Shown here one piece after another: positions 8,788 through 18,159 of a stretch of DNA of 64,000 nt. The notes below the pieces were generated by a model. It was given only the letters and a program-made list of their open reading frames with translations. It made no database searches and was not told where the DNA came from. Position numbers and translations under genes: made by a program. The number at the start of each line of letters is the position of its first letter. The stretch's first letter is position 1. The DNA is from Candidatus Altiarchaeota archaeon (GTDB lineage Archaea; Altiarchaeota; Altiarchaeia; IMC4; SCGC-AAA252-I15): positions 1 through 64,000 of the forward strand of contig JAZDNF010000009.1 in assembly GCA_043800255.1 (NCBI GenBank). The letters are read 5' to 3'.

Positions 8788-9179
8788 GAGTACACTCCAG
8801 GTTCACGAACCTGAGGAAAATGCTGGGCCTGAACGTCCCGGTAGACCCCAGAACGGTTTCCGCACTGAGCGTGCTAGTCTCTCTTGGAGTAATATACAAC
8901 CTCAGTTACACCCTGGTAGTAGTCCTTCTCTTGGACCTGCTGGACGGGATGATATCCAGAGGCAGGGAGATGGCATCCAGAGACGGTCTTCTCATGGACT
9001 ATGCCTGCGACAGGTACTCGGAGTTCATCATATTCGGATACCTGGCAGTCTCCAATCCAATCCTGCTCACACTCCCTGTTCTGAACACGCTCATAACCTT
9101 TAAGAACATCGAGGACAAGAGATTCATCATACTGCCGCTGAGGCAGCTCCTCCTCCTGGTAAAGCTGCTCGGCCTATAG
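8775..9179 (+). CDS. CDP-alcohol phosphatidyltransferase family protein
   Basis: DLLDGMISR...G..MDYACDRYSE signature. Confidence 0.75.
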   Translation: MGFIGVHSRFTNLRKMLGLNVPVDPRTVSALSVLVSLGVIYNLSYTLVVVLLLDLLDGMISRGREMASRDGLLMDYACDRYSEFIIFGYLAVSNPILLTLPVLNTLITFKNIEDKRFIILPLRQLLLLVKLLGL

Positions 9180-10127
9180 TCTTTCGACTATTGCACCTTT
9201 ATTGTCAGCCGCGGCAACAAATGCTTTCGCAGGTATTCTCTTTAGCTTCAGGAACTTCTCAACTCCGCCGGCTATCCTGTTGCTGTCCTTCTTCTCCGTG
9301 AGGGCGTAGACTGTTGGTCCCCAGGAGCTCTGGCCTGCGCCGTAGCATCCTATGCCCAGCAGGAAATCGACCAGGTCGCTGGTCGCGTCGCCCATGTAGA
9401 TGCCTGACTGCTCGCCTTTGAAGTATGAGCCGACGAGACGGTCTATCTCGACAAGCGATTTCCCGAATGCCTGGATGTCCTCCTCGACCAGCGAAGGCAG
9501 CATCCTCATCTGGAGCAGCCAGGATATCCTGGATGCAGTCCTCTCGGAGGCTGGAACTATGTTCGCGAAGGCCTCCAGCTCCTTGAGGCCGTGGAAGCCT
9601 TTGCCCACCTTCGGAACGACGACAATGAACTCCCAATCCTTTGGAAAATCCCTGTGGAAGGTCACAGGAGGCAGCGAGGCTGACATGCTCTTGTGGCCTC
9701 CGTCGACGACGAAGCCGCCATGCCTGAAGACGGCAGCACCGACTCCAGATACATGACCCCGCCCAGACATCAATGCTACCTCCTTGGGCTTGAAATCCAA
9801 GCCGTAAAGCTCTGATATTCCAGTGCCAACAGCAAGCGCAAGCTGTGTTCCTGAGCCGAGCCCCACATGCTCAGGTATCGTTTCCAATGCTCTGATGCCG
9901 ACGCCGCCCTTAAGGCTGAAGGCATCAAGGAACAATCTCGCATATGACCGCACAGTCCCTCCGTTTTTTCCTGAGACAGCCACTCTCTTGGATTTCTTGA
10001 ACTCTAGAATGTTGTTCGGTTTGGCAAGCGCTACCCCAATGCCGCCGTAAAGCCTCCCAAGCCTCCCGCTCATGTCGATTATGCCGAAATGCAGCCTCGA
10101 CGGCGTCTTAACCCTTACCTTTGTCAT
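9174..10127 (-). CDS. mptG: Beta-ribofuranosylaminobenzene 5'-phosphate (RFA-P) synthase
   Basis: TPSRLHFG, PEHVGLGSGTQ, GGFVVDGG, GQSSWGPT (GHMP-like family). Confidence 0.85.
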   Translation of the reverse strand: MTKVRVKTPSRLHFGIIDMSGRLGRLYGGIGVALAKPNNILEFKKSKRVAVSGKNGGTVRSYARLFLDAFSLKGGVGIRALETIPEHVGLGSGTQLALAVGTGISELYGLDFKPKEVALMSGRGHVSGVGAAVFRHGGFVVDGGHKSMSASLPPVTFHRDFPKDWEFIVVVPKVGKGFHGLKELEAFANIVPASERTASRISWLLQMRMLPSLVEEDIQAFGKSLVEIDRLVGSYFKGEQSGIYMGDATSDLVDFLLGIGCYGAGQSSWGPTVYALTEKKDSNRIAGGVEKFLKLKRIPAKAFVAAADNKGAIVERL

Positions 10128-11293
10128 CTTCCGGATACTATCTTGATAACGTCCCCGTCCTGTAGGATGTACTCTCTGCCGACTCTCATCTTCGTCGAAC
10201 AGTTTATCGCGCCTATGAATTTGTCGCCCAAATCCGTGTGAACGGCATAAGCGAGGTCGACTGCTGTCGAGCCTCTCTTGAGGAGGTAAGAGTCAGGCAG
10301 CACGTTGCCCTTCGAATCCGTCAGCCTGTTCTCGTTCTCGACGGGGTAGACTACGATGCGGTCGAGTATGCTGAAAACAGCCCTGTCAAGGCAGTCCTGG
10401 ACTCCGGTCGAGCCGTGCTTTTCGAGGATTCTCTTCCTGACGAAGTCGAGAGCCTTCGCCTGCTTCTCGCCCAAGTCGCCTGCGACCTCGAAACCTCCAC
10501 CGCCTGGGATGTAGCTGACAAGGGACTTAGCGTCAGCCTCGCGGAGGGCTAGCTCGGCTTCGGCGCAGACAGGAACCATCTCATATCTTCCCTTCAGCCG
10601 CTCATAGTTTCCTACGTCAAGGTCTATCTTGTTCGCGGCGATGAGTATGGGCTTTGATATCTCCCGAAGCCTGACCGCGAATTTCCTTATCCCCTCCTCA
10701 GACCAGTCTGCCTTCGCCTCGAACCCCGCGTCCTTCAACGCCTCCTTTATCTGGGAGTCCTTTATCTGCAGCCCTGAAAGCTGGCCTGAAAGTTCCTTGA
10801 CGAAGTCCTTGGACTCGTACTTAACCTTGGAGGATATCTTGGCCAGGTTCTTGCCTATCACGCTCGCAAACCATAGGTCGATCTCCTCCTTCAGGAACAC
10901 TATATCATCCTCTGGGTCGTGGCCGCTGGCAGGCTCTCCCTTCTCGTCAGTCCTGCCTGAGACGTCAATAACGTGTATGAGAACGTCAGCCTGGCGCAGG
11001 TCGTCGAGAAATTGGTTTCCCAGGCCCCTGCCCTCGTGGGCGCCTGGAACAAGGCCGGCGACGTCTATGAGCTTGACAGGCGTGAAGCGGAAGCCGCTCC
11101 TGCAGTATGAGTTCTTGGGCTTGCAGTTCAGGCTGAACTTGCGGTCAACGCAGATGCTCTTCGCGTATCCGACGCCTATGTTCGCCTTTATGGTCGTGAA
11201 AGGGAAATCAGCTATCTCCGCGTCTGCAAGAGTCAGCGCCTTGAAGAATGTCGACTTTCCGACGTTCGGCTTTCCGACAACCCCTACAATCAT
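10124..11293 (-). CDS. ychF: Obg-family YchF-like ATPase/GTPase
   Basis: GKPNVGKS, FPFTT, DVAGLVPGAHEGRGLGNQFL, NKID, C-terminal TGS domain. Confidence 0.9.
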   Translation of the reverse strand: MIVGVVGKPNVGKSTFFKALTLADAEIADFPFTTIKANIGVGYAKSICVDRKFSLNCKPKNSYCRSGFRFTPVKLIDVAGLVPGAHEGRGLGNQFLDDLRQADVLIHVIDVSGRTDEKGEPASGHDPEDDIVFLKEEIDLWFASVIGKNLAKISSKVKYESKDFVKELSGQLSGLQIKDSQIKEALKDAGFEAKADWSEEGIRKFAVRLREISKPILIAANKIDLDVGNYERLKGRYEMVPVCAEAELALREADAKSLVSYIPGGGGFEVAGDLGEKQAKALDFVRKRILEKHGSTGVQDCLDRAVFSILDRIVVYPVENENRLTDSKGNVLPDSYLLKRGSTAVDLAYAVHTDLGDKFIGAINCSTKMRVGREYILQDGDVIKIVSGR

Positions 11294-11324
11294 CCTGTAA
11301 AATATTGTCCCGCATCACTAAAAG

Positions 11325-12398
11325 CTAGGTTTTCCAGAATCTGGCCAGTATGTAGGACGATGCGAGGAGCGACAGCGCTAGTATTCCCACTGTCAGGAGG
11401 TTGTCCAACCTGCGTTTGACTGGTATGTCCGCCAGGTAGATTATGCCGTCCGCCGAGACTAGGATCATCTGTCCTCCGTTGACAATTATCTTGGTAATCC
11501 TGCTGCTCGTCTCATACTCGCGCCTGAGAACGCCATGGCGGCTTAGCACATAAACCTTGTTGTTCAGCGTTGACGCGATGACCCCCTCATCCGAGATTGC
11601 AAAAGAGATTACGCTGCCGTTGACAGCCCGCTCCCAGCTGACATTCCCGCCGATTTCCATGGCTAGGATCATGCCGTCACGTGTTCCGACATAGGTCCTG
11701 TTTCCGCTTGAGATTATCGCAACGGCTGGGTCCTGCACGTTGAGCGAGGAAACAGTCATCCCAGACAGTGAAATCCGGTGCAAATGCTCATCGCCGGTTG
11801 AGATGATTATGCCCTCAGGAGAAATCTCAGACCCTATGATATAACTTTCGAAAGGGAGCCGCTCCAGCAGGGCGCCGTCGCCTGAGAGCACATAGACCGC
11901 CTTGTCCGACACCGCTAAGACCCTGTCGCCGACAATCTTCACATTGATGACATATGCGTCTGTCTTGTACGTCCAATCCAAACTGCCGTCTTCGTTCATT
12001 AACAGGATGTTGCCTTGCATGTCGCCGACCAGAATCCTGCTGCCGTCAGAGTACAGAGCCTGCTCGTATCCCACATAGGATGGCAGGCTAACCGTCCACC
12101 TGAGGCTGAAATTCCTGTCATAGAGTCTCAGGGTTCCGGAACTCAGGGCAACGACTATCGAATCCCCGGTCAGGTAGGATGCCGACACGTTATCGCTTGG
12201 TGAGTAGTTTGTCAGATAGGTCAGCGGCTTCCTGAAGTGGTAAATGGTCTCCAATCCGCCGACAAGATAGTCCTCATCCAAAGAGCTCAACGTTCTCGCA
12301 TCCTCTCCTATCCTGTATTGACTTTTGGGATAAAGCCTCGACCCGGTTGCAGCGCCTGAGAGCAGCAAAGCTATCAGGATTATGCCGTAAAGCCTCAT
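11325..12398 (-). CDS. Membrane-anchored PQQ-like beta-propeller protein
   Basis: Signal peptide, repeated G...W blades, C-terminal TM helix. Confidence 0.7.
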   Translation of the reverse strand: MRLYGIILIALLLSGAATGSRLYPKSQYRIGEDARTLSSLDEDYLVGGLETIYHFRKPLTYLTNYSPSDNVSASYLTGDSIVVALSSGTLRLYDRNFSLRWTVSLPSYVGYEQALYSDGSRILVGDMQGNILLMNEDGSLDWTYKTDAYVINVKIVGDRVLAVSDKAVYVLSGDGALLERLPFESYIIGSEISPEGIIISTGDEHLHRISLSGMTVSSLNVQDPAVAIISSGNRTYVGTRDGMILAMEIGGNVSWERAVNGSVISFAISDEGVIASTLNNKVYVLSRHGVLRREYETSSRITKIIVNGGQMILVSADGIIYLADIPVKRRLDNLLTVGILALSLLASSYILARFWKT

Positions 12399-12462
12399 GT
12401 TAAAGTTTCCCGCCCATAATAGGATATTGCATTTATAGATGAACTCTCATTCTTAAAACAGT

Positions 12463-13251
12463 ATGGCAAAGGAGAATTCCAAGGAGAAGGAGTTTATGCC
12501 GGTCAGGGTGTCGACTTTCGACAAGCTGATAACAAACGGCGGGATTGAGAGGGGGAATACTGTGCTGCTCTCTGGGGGGTGCGGTTCCGGGAAAACAATA
12601 TTCGGAGTCCAGTCGGTATACAATGCCGTCTTAAACAACGAGAAAGCAGTCTACATAACATTGGAGGAGACTGCGGAGAAGATCAAACGGCACATGAAGA
12701 GGAACTTCGGCTGGGATTTGGATGCGCTGGAGGAGAGGGGCAGCCTGTCGATGCAGTACATAGACTCAGTCGAGCTTGCAAAAGACATAGAGCAGACGCT
12801 GGATGAAGGTGATCTGAGGGACAAGTCATCGATTGAGCTGATACTCGAAAAACATCCTGAGATATCTCTGATAGACTCGAGGAGGGTTGGACTGCCGTTC
12901 AAGCCTGACAGGATCGTCGTCGACTCGCTGACAGCTCTTTCAAGCTCTTTCTCAGACCTGAAGAAGTACAGGCTTTACCTGCAGGTTATGGTCGACTCGC
13001 TGAACAAGCACGATTCCGTGAACATCCTGCTCGGCGAGACTGACCAGGACCCTGTGAAATACAGCTCGCACGGGCCGGAGGAATTCCTCGTCGACGGCGT
13101 GGTCGTGCTCTACAACATCAGGAAGGGGCAGCTGAGGAGGAGGGCCATAGAAATCGTAAAGATGAGATGCTCGGACCACGTGAAGGAGCTTATCCCTTAT
13201 ACGATAGACAAGAGCGGTTTCAAGATAATGCCCTCTGACAAACTTTTCTAG
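12463..13251 (+). CDS. KaiC/RAD55-like single-domain ATPase
   Basis: GGCGSGKT, YITLEE, VVDS, EEFLVDG, KMR. Confidence 0.85.
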   Translation: MAKENSKEKEFMPVRVSTFDKLITNGGIERGNTVLLSGGCGSGKTIFGVQSVYNAVLNNEKAVYITLEETAEKIKRHMKRNFGWDLDALEERGSLSMQYIDSVELAKDIEQTLDEGDLRDKSSIELILEKHPEISLIDSRRVGLPFKPDRIVVDSLTALSSSFSDLKKYRLYLQVMVDSLNKHDSVNILLGETDQDPVKYSSHGPEEFLVDGVVVLYNIRKGQLRRRAIEIVKMRCSDHVKELIPYTIDKSGFKIMPSDKLF

Positions 13252-13424
13252 CCGAATCTCCTGTAGAGCAGATAGGCTATCACGCCCAGGATTATCATCT
13301 CGTCCAAAAACGCTATCAGTATCTTCAGAGTGTCCTTCAGGCTTATTCCAGGCCTGTAATCCGGGTCTCTGATGATCTCGCCGCCTAATTCCTCAAACAA
13401 CGGAATCTCCGATTTCTCGCTCAT
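13248..13424 (-). CDS. Small 58-aa membrane protein (below the ORF track cutoff)
   Basis: MSEKSEIPLFEELGGEIIRDPDYRPGISLKDTLKILIAFLDEMIILGVIAYLLYRRFG*. Confidence 0.55.
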   Translation of the reverse strand: MSEKSEIPLFEELGGEIIRDPDYRPGISLKDTLKILIAFLDEMIILGVIAYLLYRRFG

Positions 13425-13466
13425 CGTATGGAAAAGATTAAAATTGGGGGAATAAAAGGCGTCAAC

Positions 13467-13982
13467 CTAGCTGTGTCTCTTCTGTCTTGCGATGCAGTAG
13501 GGGCATGCTCTTGAGTCCAGTGGTATCTCCTTCCCGCATCTCAGGCATTCTTTCACCTCAAACACTTTCAGCTTGTGCGGGTGGACCAGGCCAGCCTTCC
13601 GGGTTATCCTGTGCAGCAGCCGCCTCATGCTCCGATACATGCTGCTGTGCTTGACCTTGACCTCGAATTCCCGGTATCTTTTGTTTCTCCGGAGTATCTT
13701 CTTGACGATGAATGAGAAGATCATGTAGTGTATCCTGTGCAGCATCAGCATCAGGCTGCCGTAGACGTAGGACACTAGCGGCAGGCCTGCGAGGAACGCA
13801 AAAATAGTGAACAAGAGACTGATTATTAGGGCCATGAGGCCTGTGAAATAGGATACAATGAGGACAGACAGGCCGAATATCCCAACATCCCGGAATGATG
13901 GAGGCCGATAGTAGGCAAGCAATAGGATGGCGAAGAGCGACAATCCGAACACCAGTCCCAGAACCTTTCTATTGTTTTTCAT
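13467..13982 (-). CDS. Membrane protein with C-terminal zinc ribbon
   Basis: TM region, basic helix, CLRC...CPYC; paralog at 57933..58457. Confidence 0.7.
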   Translation of the reverse strand: MKNNRKVLGLVFGLSLFAILLLAYYRPPSFRDVGIFGLSVLIVSYFTGLMALIISLLFTIFAFLAGLPLVSYVYGSLMLMLHRIHYMIFSFIVKKILRRNKRYREFEVKVKHSSMYRSMRRLLHRITRKAGLVHPHKLKVFEVKECLRCGKEIPLDSRACPYCIARQKRHS

Positions 13983-13983
13983 C

Positions 13984-14562
13984 CTAGCAGATTATCCAAT
14001 CGCAGACTTTTTCTTTTCTCACGCATCTGGCCTCAAAGCATGACTTTTCAGGGCAGAAGTACGTTTTTATGCAGGTCTCGGCCGAGGTGCAGGTGTCGAC
14101 AACCTCCGGCTCTTTTAGCAGGACGCATGTTGCATTAGGATAGCCGGGACTGAGACACTGATAGTTGACGAGGTGGCGCAGAACCTGGGTCTGGTCTTCG
14201 GAGCAGACCGGGCTCGCATAATGCTCGACGCCGCAGTCCGAGTCTGAGAAACATTCTGAATCGCACGGCTCGCACTGGCTGCCGCAGTCGACTCCCAGCT
14301 CGTCCTGATTCCTCCTGAGGTCAGAGCAATTGGGGCACGGCTTGCACGGCCCGCCGCAGTCGACTCCAGTTTCGTCCTGGTTTCTCCTCTCGTCGAAGCA
14401 GGTGAGCTCATGCATTGAAGTGGTGGTAGAGAATGACATGTCGAGGGGGAACGGCGCTACTGAGACGGTTGACATCGTGGTCGTCTGATTCCTGCTTTCA
14501 ACTCCTATGCAGCCTGAAGTCAGGAGAGAAAGCAGTAGAACGCTTGAAACGAGCTCTCGCAT
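13984..14562 (-). CDS. Secreted/lipoprotein Cys-rich protein
   Basis: Likely start MRELVSSVLLLSLLTSGC (lipobox-like), Thr-rich linker, two CxDxxxNQDExGVDCG repeats. Confidence 0.7.
   Translation of the reverse strand: MRELVSSVLLLSLLTSGCIGVESRNQTTTMSTVSVAPFPLDMSFSTTTSMHELTCFDERRNQDETGVDCGGPCKPCPNCSDLRRNQDELGVDCGSQCEPCDSECFSDSDCGVEHYASPVCSEDQTQVLRHLVNYQCLSPGYPNATCVLLKEPEVVDTCTSAETCIKTYFCPEKSCFEARCVRKEKVCDWIIC
14263..14400 (-). repeat. Two 66-nt Cys-rich coding repeats
   Basis: CFDERRNQDETGVDCGGPCKPC (14335-14400) and CSDLRRNQDELGVDCGSQCEPC (14263-14328). Confidence 0.8.
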
Positions 14563-14590
14563 TTTATAGTATACTATCACATTCTTATAT

Positions 14591-15184
14591 ATGAATCTGC
14601 TTGTCATCGACAACATCGACTCCTTCGTATATAATCTGGTCCAGTATGTCGGAGAGCAGGGCGCAAATCCGATAGTCGTTGAGAACACCGAAAAATACGG
14701 CAGGGTGAAGGACCTCATAAAAAAGAAGAGAATCAGGGGCATAATAGTCAGCCCAGGCCCGAAGACGCCCAAGGAGGCGGGAGTGTCGAACAGTATCATA
14801 TTGGATTACGGCCCAACCATACCGATCCTCGGCGTCTGCCTCGGCCACCAGTGCATAGGCCACGTCTACGGAGGCAGGATCAGGCAGGCCAGACGCCTCA
14901 TGCACGGCAAGACGAGCATGATAGAACATGACGGAACAGGCGTGCTTAAAGGCGTGCCAAGCCCCTTTGAGGCCACGAGATACCATTCGCTTGTCGTTGA
15001 CGATAAGGCCCTCCCAGAGGAGCTGAAGGTTACAGCCCGAAGCCTGGACGATAAGGAGATAATGGGATTGAAACACGTTGATTATCCGACCTACGGGCTG
15101 CAGTTCCATCCTGAATCCATACTGACGCCATACGGCAAGAAGATAGTCAGAAATTTTCTAAGGATAGTCGAACATGGAGCATAG
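14591..15184 (+). CDS. trpG: Anthranilate/aminodeoxychorismate synthase component II (glutamine amidotransferase)
   Basis: IDNIDSF, SPGP, GVCLGHQ, RYHSL, QFHPES. Confidence 0.88.
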   Translation: MNLLVIDNIDSFVYNLVQYVGEQGANPIVVENTEKYGRVKDLIKKKRIRGIIVSPGPKTPKEAGVSNSIILDYGPTIPILGVCLGHQCIGHVYGGRIRQARRLMHGKTSMIEHDGTGVLKGVPSPFEATRYHSLVVDDKALPEELKVTARSLDDKEIMGLKHVDYPTYGLQFHPESILTPYGKKIVRNFLRIVEHGA

Positions 15185-16463
15185 CCGGCTGAAGGAGAAG
15201 GATGAGGGCATAAACTCCTTTATCGTCTTCGATGAGAAGGGGCTATGCGGGGAAGGCCAGGCCAAAAAGGGCGGCCTCAAGGGCCTGACCGTCGGAGTGA
15301 AGTCCAACATATGCGTGAGAGGCCTCCTCACCTCTGCAGGCTCGAAGACGCTTGAGAACCACATCTCAACGTACGACGCCACCGTGGTTGAGAGGATAAA
15401 AGAGAGTGCGGGTTCTATCGTCGGTATGACGAACATGGACGAGTTCGCCTGCGGAAGCAGCGGCGAAACGTCATACTACGGTCCCACAGACAACCCTGCC
15501 GCGAGAGGCCGCATACCGGGCGGTTCATCGTCAGGTTCTGCGGCTGCAGTCGCAGCGGGCATCGTCGACTGCGCGATAGGCAGCGACACGGGAGGGTCTA
15601 TAAGGAACCCATGCTCGCACTGCGGCGTCGTCGGATTCAAGCCGACATACGGCGCAGTCTCAAGGTACGGTCTCATAGACCTCGCCATGTCGCTGGACCA
15701 GATAGGGCCTATCGCGAAAGACGTCAGAACTGCTGCACTGCTCCTGGAGGCGATAGCAGGACACGACCCCAGAGACGGCACCTCCCTTAAGCTTGAGAGC
15801 GGCTTCTACGGTTTCACTAGGAACCTGGAAACAAACCTTAAGGATGTCAGGCTCGGCTATGCGAGGGAATTCGACGAGCACATCGCAGACGATGGGATAA
15901 GAAAGCTGATGCACAAAGCCAGAGACAAGCTGGCCGGCGAGGGAGCGGAGATAGTCGAGGTAAGGCTTCCCAACCTGAGGATAGCCTTGCCAACCTATTA
16001 CCTGAACGTCTACGTTGAGTTCTTCTCGGGAACCAGGAAATACGACGGCAGGAGATACGGACACAGGATAGAAGAGGCCTGCGGCGAAGAGGTGTTGAGG
16101 AGGATCCTGCTTGGGAAGTACATATCCCAGAAGGAATACAGCGGAAAATACTACAGGAAGGCGCTGCAGGCGAGGTCTGTCATAAGGAACGAGCTGACAG
16201 AGGCTCTGAAGAACGTTGACGTTCTCATAGGCCCGACCGTGCCTAAACTGCCGCACAAGATAGGGGAGGACATGTCAGACCCGCTTGTAATGTACGCCTA
16301 CGATGTCTTCACAGTCCCAGCCAACCTGGCCGGGCTTCCAGCAGGCGTTGTGCCTGCAGGAGAGGTGAACGGAATACCGACAGGTCTTCAGGTCACTGGG
16401 GCGCCGCTCAAGGATCAGGCGGTTTTGGATGTGATGGGCGGCTTCGAAGCCATAAATTTATAA
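15174..16463 (+). CDS. gatA: Asp/Glu-tRNA amidotransferase subunit A
   Basis: NMDEFACG, PGGSSSGSAAAV, GSDTGGSIR amidase signature. Confidence 0.88.
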   Translation: MEHSRLKEKDEGINSFIVFDEKGLCGEGQAKKGGLKGLTVGVKSNICVRGLLTSAGSKTLENHISTYDATVVERIKESAGSIVGMTNMDEFACGSSGETSYYGPTDNPAARGRIPGGSSSGSAAAVAAGIVDCAIGSDTGGSIRNPCSHCGVVGFKPTYGAVSRYGLIDLAMSLDQIGPIAKDVRTAALLLEAIAGHDPRDGTSLKLESGFYGFTRNLETNLKDVRLGYAREFDEHIADDGIRKLMHKARDKLAGEGAEIVEVRLPNLRIALPTYYLNVYVEFFSGTRKYDGRRYGHRIEEACGEEVLRRILLGKYISQKEYSGKYYRKALQARSVIRNELTEALKNVDVLIGPTVPKLPHKIGEDMSDPLVMYAYDVFTVPANLAGLPAGVVPAGEVNGIPTGLQVTGAPLKDQAVLDVMGGFEAINL

Positions 16464-16482
16464 AGGACATAATAGATACGAG

Positions 16483-17199
16483 ATGGAAAAGGACAATCTG
16501 GAGAGGATTCCGACTGGCATACCAGGGTTTGACGAGATGATAGAGGGCGGAATCGAGAAGAGTAGCACAGTCCTCGTCATAGGAGGCTGCGGAAGCGGGA
16601 AATCCACGCTGTGCATGCAGTATATCATCAACGGGTGCAGGATAGGACAGCCAGGAGTCTACGTGAGCATGGAGGAAAGCCCTGACAAGATAAAAAAGCA
16701 TATGAGACGCTTCGGCTGGGACCTCGAGAAGTACGAGAAGAACGGCCTTCTGAGAATCATAAGAATAGGTCCTAAAGACGCGCTCCAGGTCATAAAAGAG
16801 GATTACGGCCAAATAGCGAACGCAATAACAGACCTGAAGGCTGAGAGGATGGTCATCGACTCTATCAGCAGCCTGGAATCACTTCTTGAAACAGACCACG
16901 ACATAAAGGAGAATGCTGTGCGCCTGGTCGAATGGCTTAACAAGAAGAACTGCACAACCCTGATAATCTCAGAGTCTGAGGAGACGATAGGCGAGTACAC
17001 CCGCCACGGCATAATGGAGTTCGTAGTCGACGGCGTCATAGTGATGTACAACATGCAGAAGGGAAACGTGAGGGAGAACGCTTTGGAGGTTTTAAAGATG
17101 CGGGGCACAAAACACCTGAAGATGATAGTCCCCTTCAAGATTGACAAGGGCATAGAAGTGTTCCCGCACGAGCAGGTCTTCGGAGAATGCGAGAGATAA
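16483..17199 (+). CDS. KaiC/RAD55-like ATPase
   Basis: PTGIPGFD, GGCGSGKS, VIDS, LKMRG. Confidence 0.88.
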   Translation: MEKDNLERIPTGIPGFDEMIEGGIEKSSTVLVIGGCGSGKSTLCMQYIINGCRIGQPGVYVSMEESPDKIKKHMRRFGWDLEKYEKNGLLRIIRIGPKDALQVIKEDYGQIANAITDLKAERMVIDSISSLESLLETDHDIKENAVRLVEWLNKKNCTTLIISESEETIGEYTRHGIMEFVVDGVIVMYNMQKGNVRENALEVLKMRGTKHLKMIVPFKIDKGIEVFPHEQVFGECER

Positions 17200-17202
17200 A
17201 AC

Positions 17203-17544
17203 TCAGCCTTTGAGGTCTATTATCGCCTGGGCGATGTCGCCTTTCGCGTCCTGGAGCGCCTTCAGAGCGTCAGACTCTGGGACGTTCGCCTGCTCGGCGA
17301 CCATTCTTACGTCTTCTTCGCTGATTTCAACGTCAGCCTCTATGTCGGATTTCAGAATCTTGCCTGATATTTGGAACATCTCCTTGCCCTGGACGACCGT
17401 CCGTATCACCTGAGGCTCGGTTATCCTGATCTCAGCGTCCAACCCCCTGATGATGACCTCCTCGGCAGGGACCTCGTCCATCTTGACGCCCATCCGCTGC
17501 ATCATCTTCTTCATCTGCTTGGGGTTCATTCCGCCAGGTAACAT
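17203..17544 (-). CDS. nac: Nascent polypeptide-associated complex protein
   Basis: MNPKQMKKMMQRMG N-terminus, C-terminal UBA GDIAQAI. Confidence 0.92.
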   Translation of the reverse strand: MLPGGMNPKQMKKMMQRMGVKMDEVPAEEVIIRGLDAEIRITEPQVIRTVVQGKEMFQISGKILKSDIEADVEISEEDVRMVAEQANVPESDALKALQDAKGDIAQAIIDLKG

Positions 17545-17580
17545 GGTAGATTATTATTGGCGCATGTATAAAAGTCTAAC

Positions 17581-18129
17581 ATGAGAGTTTTCGCAGCCAT
17601 AGAGTGTCCGGACGAGATTAGGGGTCGGCTGGCGGCGCTCCAGCAGGAATTGAAAAAATTCGGGAGCATGAGGCTGGTCGAGCGGGGTAACATCCACCTG
17701 ACGCTGAAATTCTTCGGAGAGGTTGACAGGGAAACGATGGAAGACGTTGACGGCAGGCTGAAGTCGTTGGATAGGATGGAAGCATTCGAACTCTCTCTGA
17801 AATCTGTCGGCGTCTTCCCGAAAGCGGACTACGCGAGGGTCGTGTGGGCCGGAGTCGACAGGGGCGGCGATAACGTGCTCAAAGCGAACGCGGCGATAGA
17901 GGAATCCGTTTCAGGGCTTGGATTCGAAAGGGACGGAGGATTCCACCCCCATGCCACGCTGGCCAGGGTGAAGGCTATTTCAGACAAGGCAGGATTCCTA
18001 TCGTTCCTGCAGTCGAAAAAGGGCGAGGATTTCGGCCAATTTACAGTTGAGAGGATAGTGCTGATGGAAAGCAAGCTCACCCCGGCAGGGCCGGAGTACA
18101 ATACCAGGGGAGAGTACTACCTCAAATAA
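17581..18129 (+). CDS. thpR: RNA 2',3'-cyclic phosphodiesterase (2H family)
   Basis: HLTL and HATL 2H motifs. Confidence 0.9.
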   Translation: MRVFAAIECPDEIRGRLAALQQELKKFGSMRLVERGNIHLTLKFFGEVDRETMEDVDGRLKSLDRMEAFELSLKSVGVFPKADYARVVWAGVDRGGDNVLKANAAIEESVSGLGFERDGGFHPHATLARVKAISDKAGFLSFLQSKKGEDFGQFTVERIVLMESKLTPAGPEYNTRGEYYLK

Positions 18130-18159
18130 CATTTTATACCCTCTAACACATAAGTTACC

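Noticed and set aside
14563-14799. N-terminal extension of ORF 13984..14799
   Set aside because: It overlaps divergent trpG; the signal peptide starts at 14562
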